A stretch of DNA of 63,830 nt, the filler included, from Parasitella parasitica NRRL 2501 (lineage: Eukaryota; Fungi; Mucoromycota): the NCBI GenBank assembly GCA_025201805.1. It is 14 parts of 14 records of this genome, joined end to end, with 100 filler letters (N's around TTAATTAATTAA, not from the genome) between each part and the next. Parts side by side here need not be neighbours in the genome. Positions count along the whole stretch, not along the records: positions 47,652 to 55,500 come from MU619490.1; positions 55,601 to 57,040 come from MU619636.1; positions 57,141 to 60,843 come from MU619241.1; positions 60,944 to 62,469 come from MU619626.1; positions 62,570 to 63,830 come from MU619410.1; 9 more parts are not named here. One strand, written 5' to 3'. Positions 51,367-63,790 of this stretch are shown piece after piece; within the stretch, counting starts at the first letter, position 1; the number at the start of each line of letters is the position of its first letter. The notes below the pieces were generated by a model that ran no database searches, was not told the origin of the DNA, and worked only from the letters and a program-made list of their open reading frames with translations. A program made the translations under genes and the position numbers.

Positions 51367-52493
51367 TATAAATAATTATTGCAGTAAACAGATCAATCCC
51401 GAGACTAATTCATCTGTTTTGCTGTGGTTTAAGTGTATATTAGATCGAATAACTTAAAAATGGATGATATCTCACTGATGGAATAACAATTAAGTATAAA
51501 TACAGTATAGAACAGGAGGATTTCAAACATAAGAAAGATCAATCTATTTGAAATATACAGCATTATTCAATACATATCTCCAAGGTGAGGCGTTCTCAGT
51601 ATTCAACACCAGATTCAGGAAAACATAGTTTCCATTGGCTTGAACTTTGATCACGTGTAGATAATTAATCAACGCGACAAAAACAATTTACACTTGTTTT
51701 AAATATGATTGACAGCACAAAATATATGCATGTATCATAATTGATACTCTGCGGTGCGGGTTTTGTGAAATTGGTAGCGATTTTTTGGAAAGATCTTGCA
51801 GTAAACAGGTCAATGCCGAGACTGATTAGACTGTTTTGCTGTTGTTTAAGTGTATATTATGTCGAATAACTAGGATGGTATGGTATCTCAGCGATAGAAT
51901 AGCAAATAATTATATATGACAGTATGTTAAACGTAAGAAAGTTCGATTTATTTCAAGTATGAAGCATAATTCCATATATATATATAAGATGAGACGTTCC
52001 CAGAATTCNNNNNNNNNNNNNNNNNNNNNNNNNNNNNNNNNNNNNNNNNNNNNNNNNNNNNNNNNNNNNNNNNNNNNNNNNNNNNNNNNNNNNNNNNNNN
52101 NNNNNNNNNNNNNNNNNNNNNNNNNNNNNNNNNNNNNNNNNNNNNNNNNNNNNNNNNNNNNNNNNNNNNNNNNNNNNNNNNNNNNNNNNNNNNNNNNNNN
52201 NNNNNNNNNNNNNNNNNNNNNNNNNNNNNNNNNNNNNNNNNNNNNNNNNNNNNNNNNNNNNNNNNNNNNNNNNNNNNNNNNNNNNNNNNNNNNNNNNNNN
52301 NNNNNNNNNNNNNNNNNNNNNNNNNNNNNNNNNNNNNNNNNNNNNNNNNNNNNNNNNNNNNNNNNNNNNNNNNNNNNNNNNNNNNNNNNNNNNNNNNNNN
52401 NNNNNNNNNNNNNNNNNNNNNNNNNNNNNNNNNNNNNNNNNNNNNNNNNNNNNNNNNNNNNNNNNNNNNNNNNNNNNNNNNNNNNNNNNAAAC

Positions 52494-52567
52494 GGTTTCT
52501 TGGTGTAGTTGGTTATCACACGTGCCTAACACGCACGTGGTCGCCAGTTCGAGCCTGGCAGAAATCA
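52494..52567 (+). tRNA. tRNA-Val(AAC)
   Basis: Acceptor stem GGTTTCT/AGAAATC, D arm, anticodon arm CGTGC-CTAACAC-GCACG, T arm with GTTCGAG, followed by an oligo-T Pol III terminator. Confidence 0.95.
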
Positions 52568-52617
52568 TTTTTTTGAGACTTTTTTTTTTGCAAAAACGTC
52601 TTACGCTTCACTTATGG

Positions 52618-52934
52618 TGTCGTGTGCAGAGATGTGTTAGTTTTGTGCTTTTTTATTTTAAGTGTATATGTCAGTTGCTCACAGACTTTGTGTGTAACCA
52701 TTTTAATTAGTATATAAATATCAATTGTATCTTAAAATAATAAAGGTATCTTTTTATCTCATATATAACATTTTACATACTTCCTATAATTCTACTCTAA
52801 AACATATTTATCTGCACACGACATATATAAAATATGAGTAAGAGATGAAAGATAGATAATCTTTATTCTTTTGTGTTCAATTGATATTTATAATAACTAA
52901 AATTGTTACATACAAAGTCTGTGTGCACCTGACA
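52618..52934. repeat. Mini-LTR with an inverted self-insertion (52669-52823, TSD TATA)
   Basis: TGTCGTG...CCTGACA outer copy; inner TGTCAG...CACGACA flanked by TATA. Confidence 0.8.
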
Positions 52935-52949
52935 TAAGTAAAAGATATT

Positions 52950-54268
52950 AGAGACTTTGCTAGGTTATAAATATTTGAAATTTTTACAATATTTTTATAA
53001 AAATCATGCCATTTTTGTAAAAAAAAGTAACATTGTCATTTAAAGAAAATAGGATATTACAACAAAATGGTATGAAATGTTGCAATTTATTAAATTTTGG
53101 CTTTAGGCCAAAATTTTGATGAAAAAGGTATTCAAGCCGTCTTTTCTCTACTAAAAGCAAAAATCAACAATATGTGCCCTAAAATAAACAAAACAAAAGC
53201 AAGCTTTATTGAATAGACCCTCAACATAATGAAACTGATGGCAGAAGAAAACGTCAAAGATCAGGAACCAGTTGCCATGTGTTGATAACAACAGTAAAGG
53301 CAAACAAGGCTCCTTGTTGCATTAATTTAGAGAGGTGTATGGACAAGTACAACGACACTAGAGCTTCTTCAGGCTTATGTGAAATTTCGACCACATGGTG
53401 TAGTCCACGGTGAACAAATACAACAACGGGAGAAGGTAGTTGAGGATGTGAACAGTATAGATAGTGACCAAATAGTTTAAAGAGACAAGCTGTTCAAGAA
53501 AGGATTGAAAAATTGATGAGCACCTTTACGGAAAAACTTAGAACAACAAGTCAGGTAGTGGTGACTCTACTCCTGAGATGGAGGAAGCAGCTCGCAAAAC
53601 TTGGAAGTGGCAAATGCGATGTTAACAAATAAGACGATACAGTAATTTTCACATTCTCATGTAGAGAAGCGATGATAAAGCCGCTGCTGCCACGCACAAA
53701 AGCAAGAGAGCTCAAGAGTTGAAAGATAAGGAGGATGCCGCTAAGATGTTGCAGAAGATGTCTTTGGAAGGAGAAATTCATCACAGCGAGAAGACAAAGG
53801 ATAAAGACAAAGGAAATGACAGTATTAATAATATTAAGACAATGAAGACTCCCGTCTTTACTTCACCTAGTCCAGTCATTGAAAGAAGAAGTGATGACTT
53901 TACTGGATTGTTATAGCAATCATTTGCTCAACGAACCAAGAAGAGGCCTTAGGCGGCTTTGATCTGTCAATCCCTCCAAAATTAAACGCTCAATACTTTA
54001 CTCTTTGTCTTTTGGTAGATTCACGCATACTTCTAGCATGTAATAAAAAAATCAAATCATTTTCAATAGTATTGTGGACCATATTGTTAGTGATTATTTT
54101 GCTTTGTGTATTGATAATGGGGAAAATGTAATAATTATGACATGCACAAGTTTTTACAAGTTTCTTTCCAATTCACGTAATTTCCATAAAGAACTTGTCG
54201 TAGTACAGGTATTACACAAATCGTACTGTTTTAGAAATCTAAAAAATTTATAACCTAGCAAGGTCTCT
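52950..54268. mobile_element. Non-autonomous TIR element with 3-bp ATT TSD (PIF/Harbinger-related)
   Basis: TIRs AGAGACTTTGCTAGGTTATAAA / TTTATAACCTAGCAAGGTCTCT; ATT at 52947-52949 and 54269-54271; flanks rejoin into a mini-LTR sequence. Confidence 0.7.
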
Positions 54269-54702
54269 ATTTAAGAGATAAAAAAAGATGCTCTTTATTC
54301 TTCTTTTGTACTTCGATAGATATTTATATTGACTAAAACGTAACACACAAGGTCAGTGTAAACCTGACAACTTTTGTTGCTTCTGTCGTGGTAATTGTAA
54401 ATTCCATAAGGCAAATATATGTATCAGTTTAAAAGATGAGGTTCATTCAATTTGGCATATGATCTGATGAGTGAACTACTGGCAGTCTTTCACACATCTT
54501 ATTTGAATTATTAAGACATTTCTTTATTAAGAACCGTGTCCTTGAAAACAACATTGAAAATGACAAATATCACCATTAACATTCAACATATAAAGACAAT
54601 TGTACACCTTTGTGCTCCTTATGAACCACAATCGTTACTGCTTTCCCATGAAGCCTAAATTGGAGACAATCCAGTTACTGCATTAGTAACATGAAATATA
54701 CA

Positions 54703-55130
54703 TGATCTGCCATAATGTAGGTTAGGAGATCATGATACTGTACTTCAATTAAAGATTGGAGATTGTCCAATGATGTGTTGTTATAATGGTCGAAACAGGA
54801 GAATAAAGTCTTTGTTTCAAATCAGGAAGGTTGTTATATGCAACACAGATCTGTATGATTGACAAACAATAGGGTACTGTCAGATCAAAGATCAATAACC
54901 TTGTAGTATAATAATATATCGTACCCTGTTAAGGATATGATGTTGCTTGCAAATTATTCTTATCGATTAGTATCGACTAGTATTTTAAATAAGTCACCAA
55001 AAATTTATGTTGTTGTAAAAAGTATATAAATAGCAGATGCAAAGTTGAATCTTTAATAAAGCAATCTCAAGTTTTCGTATCTCGTTAATTCAACGTTTTA
55101 TATTATACTTTTCTTATTTCGATCTTGCAG
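54703..55130 (+). repeat. Diverged LTR family B copy
   Basis: TGATCTGCCATAAT start and shared internal blocks with 1432-1935. Confidence 0.65.
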
Positions 55131-56310
55131 ATCTCCACAATACAGATTATATTTTATATTAATACATCCAAAATCTTTCAACTTGATGGATCTTGTCATG
55201 AACTGGCTGGGGGTAGAGGGCAAGGTAGTGCAGAGTGATATCAGGGAGATACCTTACGATTAATGTTTGCTTGATTGCTTGTATTTTGAATGTTTATTGA
55301 TATAAATATAACAAGATAACTGATGAGGAGAGAATGAAAGATGTGTCCAAGTGGCAGGTATTTATAAGAAAGAAAAGTGCAAGACTATTAATACATGAAA
55401 CGTATTAACATCTGATTTATCTGATAGAGTGCAGCTGATGTTGCTGATTATGCATGCAGGTGGGCGTGGGTACATGAATTGGCCTTTGTTATGCATGGTT
55501 NNNNNNNNNNNNNNNNNNNNNNNNNNNNNNNNNNNNNNNNNNNNTTAATTAATTAANNNNNNNNNNNNNNNNNNNNNNNNNNNNNNNNNNNNNNNNNNNN
55601 TTTTACAACATCTTGGCTATTGATTTATATTAAGACATAACCAGATTGTTTATGGAGTTCATACTTTGCTCCTCAATTGAAATAGTGATGCTTCACTGCC
55701 AAAGGCCTTTATATAAAACATTAAATTCAAGCTCATCAGAAGTATGTTGTTTCCATTGCAACTTGCGTACATCCCAAATTTTCATTGCTTAATATTTCAA
55801 AAAATAATAAATATAATATTGCATATGGTTGCTAAATGATTTTTGTCAGCATTTAAATTCTGCATCAAACCATATTAATCTAAGTATGCTCTAAAAACAT
55901 TTTTTCGTATTCCAAAAGGCTTTGCTCTTGCAATTTTTGACGTTTTTGTTTCGCAACAAAAACACCTTATTATCTGAGCATACAAACGCATGCAGTCAAC
56001 CAAACAATCCATCACATTAATATATTATATCCATAGTTTTACTATTTGCCGTCATAATCTTTGAAATCTCGTGTTGACTGAAATAAATCCCCTCTGGTTT
56101 TTTTTTTCTATGATTGTAGGGGGTGGAATAGGTAGTCAACTTGATTATGGAATTTTTCAATATTTTTTAATGCAAGGGTGGAATGGATATACATTTCGAA
56201 AGAAAGGCATCATGTTTATTGTCATCATTGATGCAGTGCATTTTATTTTTCTTCAGGTAGAGTGCAGCTAGAGTATGCACTGCAACAACTAATGTGGCAC
56301 ACGTTGTTAT

Positions 56311-56560
56311 CACCATGGCTAACGTCAGTGCTATTTTTTTTCACATTTATCATCAGTTCTAATGACTAGTGATTAGGTGTATTACTGGATGACTGGTGAT
56401 AAACCATTTTATCACTAGTGATGCTTTTATCACAAAGACTAAATTCATGACCAGTGATAAATACGATAATCGCTTGCGATTAGCAATTAGCAGCATTGAT
56501 AAATCAATCACTGGTAAAACATCAGTAATTTTGCCTATATATCAATCACTACGGGATGAT
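56311..56560 (+). mobile_element. CACCATGG-type terminus with ATCAC/GTGAT subterminal repeats
   Basis: Starts CACCATGGCTAAC as at 9278; many short direct and inverted repeats. Confidence 0.5.
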
Positions 56561-56817
56561 TCGTAATCAAAAAAAAAAATATACTGCTGATACTGTTCAT
56601 CTACTAAACCATTGATAGACATTTATTGCAAAATTAGCCATAACACTGCATGTATAGGGCTAGAGTTTTTGTTTTACAATTACAATTTTATTTAAAAATG
56701 AATATATATTTTCAACTAAAGATATTATTGAGATTCATAGAAACATATATGTTAGATGGAAGATGATATATATAAACAAGAACAATTTATGAAAAAGAAA
56801 ATATTAAGACAGCATTG

Positions 56818-57040
56818 TGACATGAGAGAAATGGTGTTTGTAGCACATTTCTTTTTATTTTTGAAGCTCAATAGGATATTGACAGTTGATGTTTATTTTC
56901 TTTGATGTTATTATGGTCGAATTGGTGGAAAGAGTTCAAAATATGGAATGAAAGGCTCTCAATTTGGATTTCATCTAATTAACAATAGCAATAACAACAT
57001 ATATATATCTTTCTTACAACAGAAACAACAAGAATAATGT
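56818..57040 (+). repeat. LTR family E 5' part (to gap)
   Basis: Reverse complement of ~50577-50801. Confidence 0.85.
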
Positions 57041-57142
57041 NNNNNNNNNNNNNNNNNNNNNNNNNNNNNNNNNNNNNNNNNNNNTTAATTAATTAANNNN
57101 NNNNNNNNNNNNNNNNNNNNNNNNNNNNNNNNNNNNNNNNTA

Positions 57143-57378
57143 GAGCAAGAAGCTGAATCTTCACAACAGCAGGTAGGTATTAGCGAAGAAGAGGATGTTG
57201 ATTCACCTCCTTCTTCCGGGCCATCAGTTGGTAGATCAAGACGTCATAGTAGCCCAGGTACAGAAGAAGCAGCAGTAGCTACCAGCAATAAAAGAGTCAG
57301 AGGTGGTGCCAGAGGCCGAGGCAGTACGCGTGGTACAAGAGGTGCAGGAAGAAAAAGCAAAGGCAAAGGCAAACAATA
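57143..57378 (+). CDS. 3' end of an unknown ORF (acidic/Ser then RGG-like basic tail)
   Basis: Open frame from the gap: EQEAESSQQQ...KRVRGGARGRGSTRGTRGAGRKSKGKGKQ*; AATAAA downstream. Confidence 0.55.
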
Positions 57379-59623
57379 ATCCTGCCATCACCAGGTCTAT
57401 TTTTTTTCTATAAATTTGCTCTTTTTTTTTTCTTTCTTTCTTTTCCTTTTAAATAAAATAAAATTTATTCTCTCTTAACACGGAAGCTACAAGCATTGAA
57501 ATGGTATAGGTGGTACAGTACACATACTCCTTTTTAATATGTTTCTTATTTTTTCTATGTCTTTACATTATTTAGTAGGCTTTCTACACTGCTGTTTACT
57601 CTTCTATAGGTAATAGATGTTTTGGTATGTCATAAATACCGAGTTTTTATTATCAAATAGTTCTTATTACTGACAATACAATGCATTTGTAGTATGTGCC
57701 CAAGCGACTTCTTTTTTATTAGCCTTTGGACCTTCTTCTAATGTTAGCTCTGTCATTCTCTATATTTATCAATAAAACTAGCTAACGACAGACGTACTCT
57801 ATTAAACGTTGCCTCCAGAATTTTTTTTGTTTATCTTTTATTGAAAAGCGCCTAAATATTAATAAATTAAACCATACTATAACGATGTAATGTAGCGTCA
57901 TCATAGTTACAAAACAAAAGTTAAAAGGTTTTTCAAATAAACATCATTATCTCGAATATGATCAAAGAAGCAGCTAATCAATTCGATGTGAATTCTTCAA
58001 TGAACCAATCAATCGCTCGACTATCTGACCTATAACGCTAATCGCGTTGCTGCGTCAATTCTCAAAATGACAATATAATCAATTCCTTGATGTTTTTGTC
58101 AATGTTGTTGACTTGTTTGTCAATCCATTGATCATTTTATCGTCGATGATTCATCGATTAAATATATTATCAATAATCAAAACAGACTCATTTGTCAATC
58201 TATTGATGCTTTTGTCATCGATGATCGATTGATCAAGTGTATTATCAATAATCGAAATTGACTCGTTTATCATTGCATTGACGATTTAATCAATAACAAT
58301 CAATTGATTAACTAAATTATCAATGATCATCAATGACAATATTATCATTTCATTGATAATAATAGTATTTTATCAACACTGATTAGCACTGTTGACAATT
58401 CAGTCAATATTTTTCGCCATGGTGACCTCTAATTTGACAAGCGTTTTGACCAAAACTCTACTAACGAAACACTTTGGTGCAGAGCTCGTTGAAAGATTAA
58501 CACCTGCACCACAAATACCAAGGAATCCTGTGTCTGGAAGTGTCGATGCGTACTTCTCTGCTTCAACAAATATCGATGATATAAACTTTGAGCAGGATAT
58601 ATCAGAAATTAAGTTTCTTTTAATGAATCTTAATAGCAATGTTCTTTTCCGGGTAGCAGTTATGCTAACCATGTCCAAGACAAGTTTCCAATACCAGTCA
58701 AAGAAGATTACTATTGGACCTTATCAAAAAAGCTGTTTTCTTCAATGGAGCTGTCAGATCCTCATTTGCCAACAAGATTATTTGTTGAATTGTTCTTCTT
58801 GGAGCATATTCAACATTTCAATGCTTGGCCCAAATATATAAACAATATATCAGCGTTGCAAGGCTTGCCATTCGGCCAAGAGGTTCCAGTAGAGCAACAT
58901 CTGAAAAACTTAGGACACAAACTCTTTCTGCAAGATTTCTCGCTAAAAAAATTCTGTAAACGAAACGCAATCTTCTTTTGTTTTGTAATGAAATGGCACC
59001 ACAATTACTTTGAGATAAAATCCAGATGGATCATGGCTGATTCATCCAAGAAAGAAATTCATGAAAAGCTCATAATCACATATAAACAAATTCCAAACAT
59101 GTATAATCAATGCAATTGTTTTTGCAATGGAATGGTATAACTAAAAGCAAGTATCTAAAAAAAAATAAGACTCAAATGTCACGCATAGTCAATTCGTGCC
59201 ATTCGAGTTCGCTTAACATGTTAAGTCATATGAATCAAATCGAATTACAAATACAATTTAATAAGACCTTATCAATGAATGTCGTGTGAAGGAAAACACT
59301 CCTGATCAAAGTGCTTTCCCTTACACAATAGACATTCAGAATAAGAATAACAATGACAAAGATATTAATTATGGCAGCTCGTCATTCAATGAGTTTTTCC
59401 CATCACTTTAGATAAGGATATCTTTAACAGAATAACTAAAGTATGACGATAGTCATCCTAACACGGCCAACCAATGTTACGCAAATCTTCATCAATGGTG
59501 AAAGCATTCAGCATAATTTGCTTCTCCTTAAAACCTAAAATTAAACAACGACAAATTAACGCATTGACTCTAGGATCAATGCTTCATTCATGAGAACTGA
59601 TATACAACAATTCAAATCCTATA

Positions 59624-60103
59624 CAGTAGCCGCTCGATTTAAGGCTGTTCGATATAAGGCTATTCACGATATAAGGCTAAAATTTTTGTGAATTTTTTTT
59701 TTAAGCAGGGAGTTAGCCTTATTAGCCTTATTCGATATAAGGCTGAAAAATTTCGAAATTTTAGCCTTATTTTACAGTAAATTGACGGTATTTAAATTTG
59801 TGTTGTGTTGGAAACTGAGCATTATGCTACAGATTTCGTACTTTTGCTCGATAGTGAGACGCTCTCTTGATTGTTGATTAATGCTCATAGTATAATTGTT
59901 TGTCAAAATATGCTTTTTTAAGAATAAAGAAGTAAATGGATTTGACTGGACATGTGTCAAATTAATCTAATAGCTGTAGTACCGTATCAACTATGCCTGT
60001 GACTGTTTTAAGAGTAATAGTCACATGCACGATATAAGGCTATGTTCGATATAAGGCTAAAAAAAGCTTGCAAAAAAAGTAGCCTTAAATCGAGCGGCTA
60101 CTG
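59624..60103. mobile_element. pogo/Tigger-like MITE (480 bp) with TA TSD
   Basis: Perfect TIRs CAGTAGCCGCTCGATTTAAGGCT; TA on both sides; empty site in paralogue at ~62200-62230; internal remnant RERLTIEQKYEIC (CENP-B/psq HTH start). Confidence 0.93.
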
Positions 60104-60943
60104 TAAATACTAAGATGTTTTTCTCTAGATAAAACCTCAGTATACTTTTATAATAAAGAACCCCAAACTTGATTATAATTGTAATTTCATATCGCTTTTA
60201 TTTTTATTTATTTTTTTTATTTCGTAAATCTTTCAAATTTACTGCAGTTTTAACAATTATTGCAATAATTCTAGATGCAAGAAATGGTTTGTTTATTACA
60301 CAATAAGGGGAAAGCTCAGTCGCATTAGAAATAATCAGGATCCTCAAATATTACAATCCTGCCCAAAAGCATAGTATCAATTTCAATACCAACATATCGA
60401 AATCTCAACTACAATACAACAAGTGAGAGAATGTCAACAAAAGTCATTCTTCAAATAAGCTGTAAAATAAGCATTCTCACTGTAGTGAGGCAATTTTACA
60501 AAGTAGTATAAATACAAGCTCTCTTAAAGAGCATGTATCTTTTCTTCAGTTTTGTTTTAATCGAAAATAAAGGTGGAAAGACTATAATTGTATTTCTTTG
60601 GCTTTATTTTTTTACTTTTTTTATTTTCACATAAAAGTGATCCCAATTTTATTGAAAGTGGAATGCAGATCATCATAGTGAATGTATTTCACAGCTGCTT
60701 CAATTTCAAATCGGGTATTAGCTAACCTTGAACTGTGTCAACCAAAGGCTACATAATCAAGGCAATATTGTATTTGACAATATGAAATCCAAGCAATAAT
60801 AAATTACTGGTCCATACTAGAAAAATTGAGAAATAAACAAAAGNNNNNNNNNNNNNNNNNNNNNNNNNNNNNNNNNNNNNNNNNNNNTTAATTAATTAAN
60901 NNNNNNNNNNNNNNNNNNNNNNNNNNNNNNNNNNNNNNNNNNN

Positions 60944-61723
60944 GATGCATTTTTGTTTCTGGCGATAATTTTGAATAATACGTGATAAATCAATCACTTT
61001 TTTTAGTTTCTGTGATTATTTTGAATGTTTGGTGATAAATCCATCACTTTTTTTTTTTTCAGTGATGATTTTCAATTTTCAGTGATAAATCAATGTCTGA
61101 TGGCAATTTTTCAAATAAAAAGTTGCGAGAAAAAAACTAAAAGGGAGTTTCAATTAATGGTTACGATACTTCAGTGATTAACTTTCACATTTTGTGTGTA
61201 AAATCTAATCACTGGTACTTATTTTGGACACCTAGTCGCTAAAGCATCACCAGTAGTTAGGATTTTATCACACAAGTTGGCCATGGTGATCAAGTATTCT
61301 ACTAGTTATTTTTATGTGATGTAGTATGTATATAATGAAAATTTCCTAATATAATTGAAGAACATCTTTTTTTATTGCCTTAGTGTTACCTTCTCAGTGA
61401 TTTTTTTGAGTTCTTGGTGACAAATTAAGCACACTTCTTATTCACAGTGATATTCTTAAATGCTTGGTGATGAATCAATCACTTATTCTATTTTTAGCGA
61501 TTGTTTTTAAAGTTTAGTGTTGAATAAACGTCTGATCGCAATTTTTTGAGCATAACATCAGTGGAAAATGGTTCGCGAAAAACTAAAAAGGAGTTCTAAT
61601 TAAAGCTTACGATTGAGTTCTACATTATGTGTGTAGAATCTAATCACTGGTGCTTATTTTGGACACCTAGTTGCTAAAGCATCACCAGTAGTTAGAATTT
61701 TATCACGCAAGTTGGCCATGGTG
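60944..61723 (-). mobile_element. Two tandem CMC/EnSpm-like ends (...GGCCATGGTG at 61288 and 61723) with subterminal repeats
   Basis: Reverse complement of 9278-9355; ~40-bp periodic GTGAT/ATCAC repeats. Confidence 0.65.
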
Positions 61724-62075
61724 TTTTATGAGAGGTACATACAATACCAATAGTATAATTCTTTTTTGATATTGTGCACAAACATGCATATTGGCACACA
61801 CAGGCTTTTCAAATATTAAGCACGAGTAAGCATAATATTATAACCATATAGGCATATTATGTGAAAATCACATGAGCTTAACAGTAAGCACATGTGCTGT
61901 TTGTATATTATGCACATTGTGCATATAAATGTATTTTAAACCATATTCACTGTGCAAAATATTTAAGGCTTTTGTGGTATGCTCACTTGGTAGTAATGCG
62001 CATACTATCTCGGCCGTAGTGGTTGCAAATACCGAGAGAGCTGCTTCAACCAGCAAGGCAAGAAACAATCATAGT

Positions 62076-62469
62076 TGCAGTAAATTTGAAAGATTTACGA
62101 AGTAAAAAAAATAAAAATAAAAGCGATATGAAATTACAATTAAAATCAAGTTTGGGGTTCTTTATTATAAAAGTATACTGAGGTTTTATCTAGAGAAAAA
62201 CATCTTAGTATTTATAGGATTTGAATTGTTGTATATCAGTTCTCATGAATGAAGCATTGATCCTAGAGTCAATGCGTTAATTTTTTTGTTGTTTAATTTT
62301 AGGTTTTAAGGAGAAGCAAATGATGCTGAATGCTTTCACCATTGATGGAGATTTGCGTAACATTGGTTGGCCGTGTTAGGATGGCTATCGTCATACTTTA
62401 GTTATTCTGTTAAAGATATCCTTATCTAGAATGATGGGAAAAACTCATTGAATGACGAGCTGCCATAAT
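62076..62469 (-). repeat. Inverted paralogue of 59369-60246 lacking the MITE
   Basis: Base-by-base reverse-complement match. Part of a family also seen at ~46363-46650 and 1-75. Confidence 0.85.
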
Positions 62470-62569
62470 NNNNNNNNNNNNNNNNNNNNNNNNNNNNNNN
62501 NNNNNNNNNNNNNTTAATTAATTAANNNNNNNNNNNNNNNNNNNNNNNNNNNNNNNNNNNNNNNNNNNN

Positions 62570-62803
62570 GGGGAAATCATCATTAGGGCTGGAATTATCC
62601 AGATCCAGAGCATATGAAGTTTGCCTGCCATTAGACTGGGCGATATCGCCATCATTTTTGATGGTATAGGTTACTGGCGAGACATTAGGATGGCTGCGTG
62701 AATGATTGTTTCTAGCAACATAGCCATCAAGTTCAGTTTGACAAATGTTGCAAACGTAAACGTTTCTTTGTCTTTGGAGAGGAGCTGATGAATTGTAGTT
62801 CAT
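62570..62803 (-). CDS. C2H2 zinc-finger protein N-terminus (probably transposon-encoded), truncated by gap
   Basis: YVCNICQTELDGYVARNNHSRSH. Confidence 0.6.
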
Positions 62804-63051
62804 TGTAGATAGTAAATATTGCTTTTGTATAAAATTATGTTTGAATGTAAAACAAAGTGAACTCGACTTGTCTTTTAAATAAATACAGTATCTTTTTTCA
62901 TGTTGTCACATTTAAGCTATTATAGCTTGTGTTCATGCATTAATTATGTCATGCATACTGTAAATAGCTGGATTTACTAGTGGCGTTAAATATCATCATA
63001 ATGAGCACAGAAAATACGCCTTTTTTATTCTTCTTATTATTTAGTGTAAAA

Positions 63052-63790
63052 ATGAACAACTCAATGAACAACGGCAATGGCAATGGTAACATCAACTACA
63101 ACCATAACAGCAACTACAACTCGATTATGGATGCTATTACAGCTTTGCAAAACCGAATCGATCAGCAAAACCATCAAATTCAAAATTTGATGAACCATCA
63201 ACTATTGCCTGCAGCAACAAGCAACGACCAGTTGCCAGCGTATAACAACGCCCCTTTAACCCCATTAGTTGGTATAGTATATCATATCTATAAANNNNNN
63301 NNNNNNNNNNNNNNNNNNNNNNNNNNNNNNNNNNNNNNNNNNNNNNNNNNNNNNNNNNNNNNNNNNNNNNNNNNNNNNNGGATGTCTGCCAGCTTATTGC
63401 TTCCAAGTACTCGCCTGGACTTGTTCACTGGGGCAAGGTCGATAAAGTAGATCGAGCTTACTTTTGCCTCGTATTCGAAGATGTCGCAGCCAAAAAAATA
63501 GAATTTGGAAAAATTCATCGCTGTGAAGCACGTTGGGGAGCAAATGCTTTTTTGACTTTGGGATTCAAAGCTATCAGGCAAAAGCACGGAAGGCAACAAA
63601 AGAAACTGCAAGCTACACAGGATAATGTAATATCATACATTTAATAATATCGGTATATGAATGCTAACAGGATTTTTTTATGCATAGCAGACACCACGCT
63701 TTGCAACTTATGATGACGGTGAAAATGCTATTTTAAGCGATGATAGCAACGAATATCAAGACGATGATGGGCCCTTGGTTGATGAAGAGT
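63052..63790 (+). CDS. Hypothetical Asn-rich/coiled-coil protein, spliced, partial (probably transposon accessory ORF)
   Basis: MNNSMNN...ITALQNRIDQQNHQIQNLM; later exon-like segments with GT/AG ends; divergent from the C2H2 ORF. Confidence 0.4.

Noticed and set aside
60944-61723. Periodic ~40-bp repeats resembling a CRISPR array
   Set aside because: Degenerate, no unique spacers, eukaryotic context, and they end in a transposon TIR.
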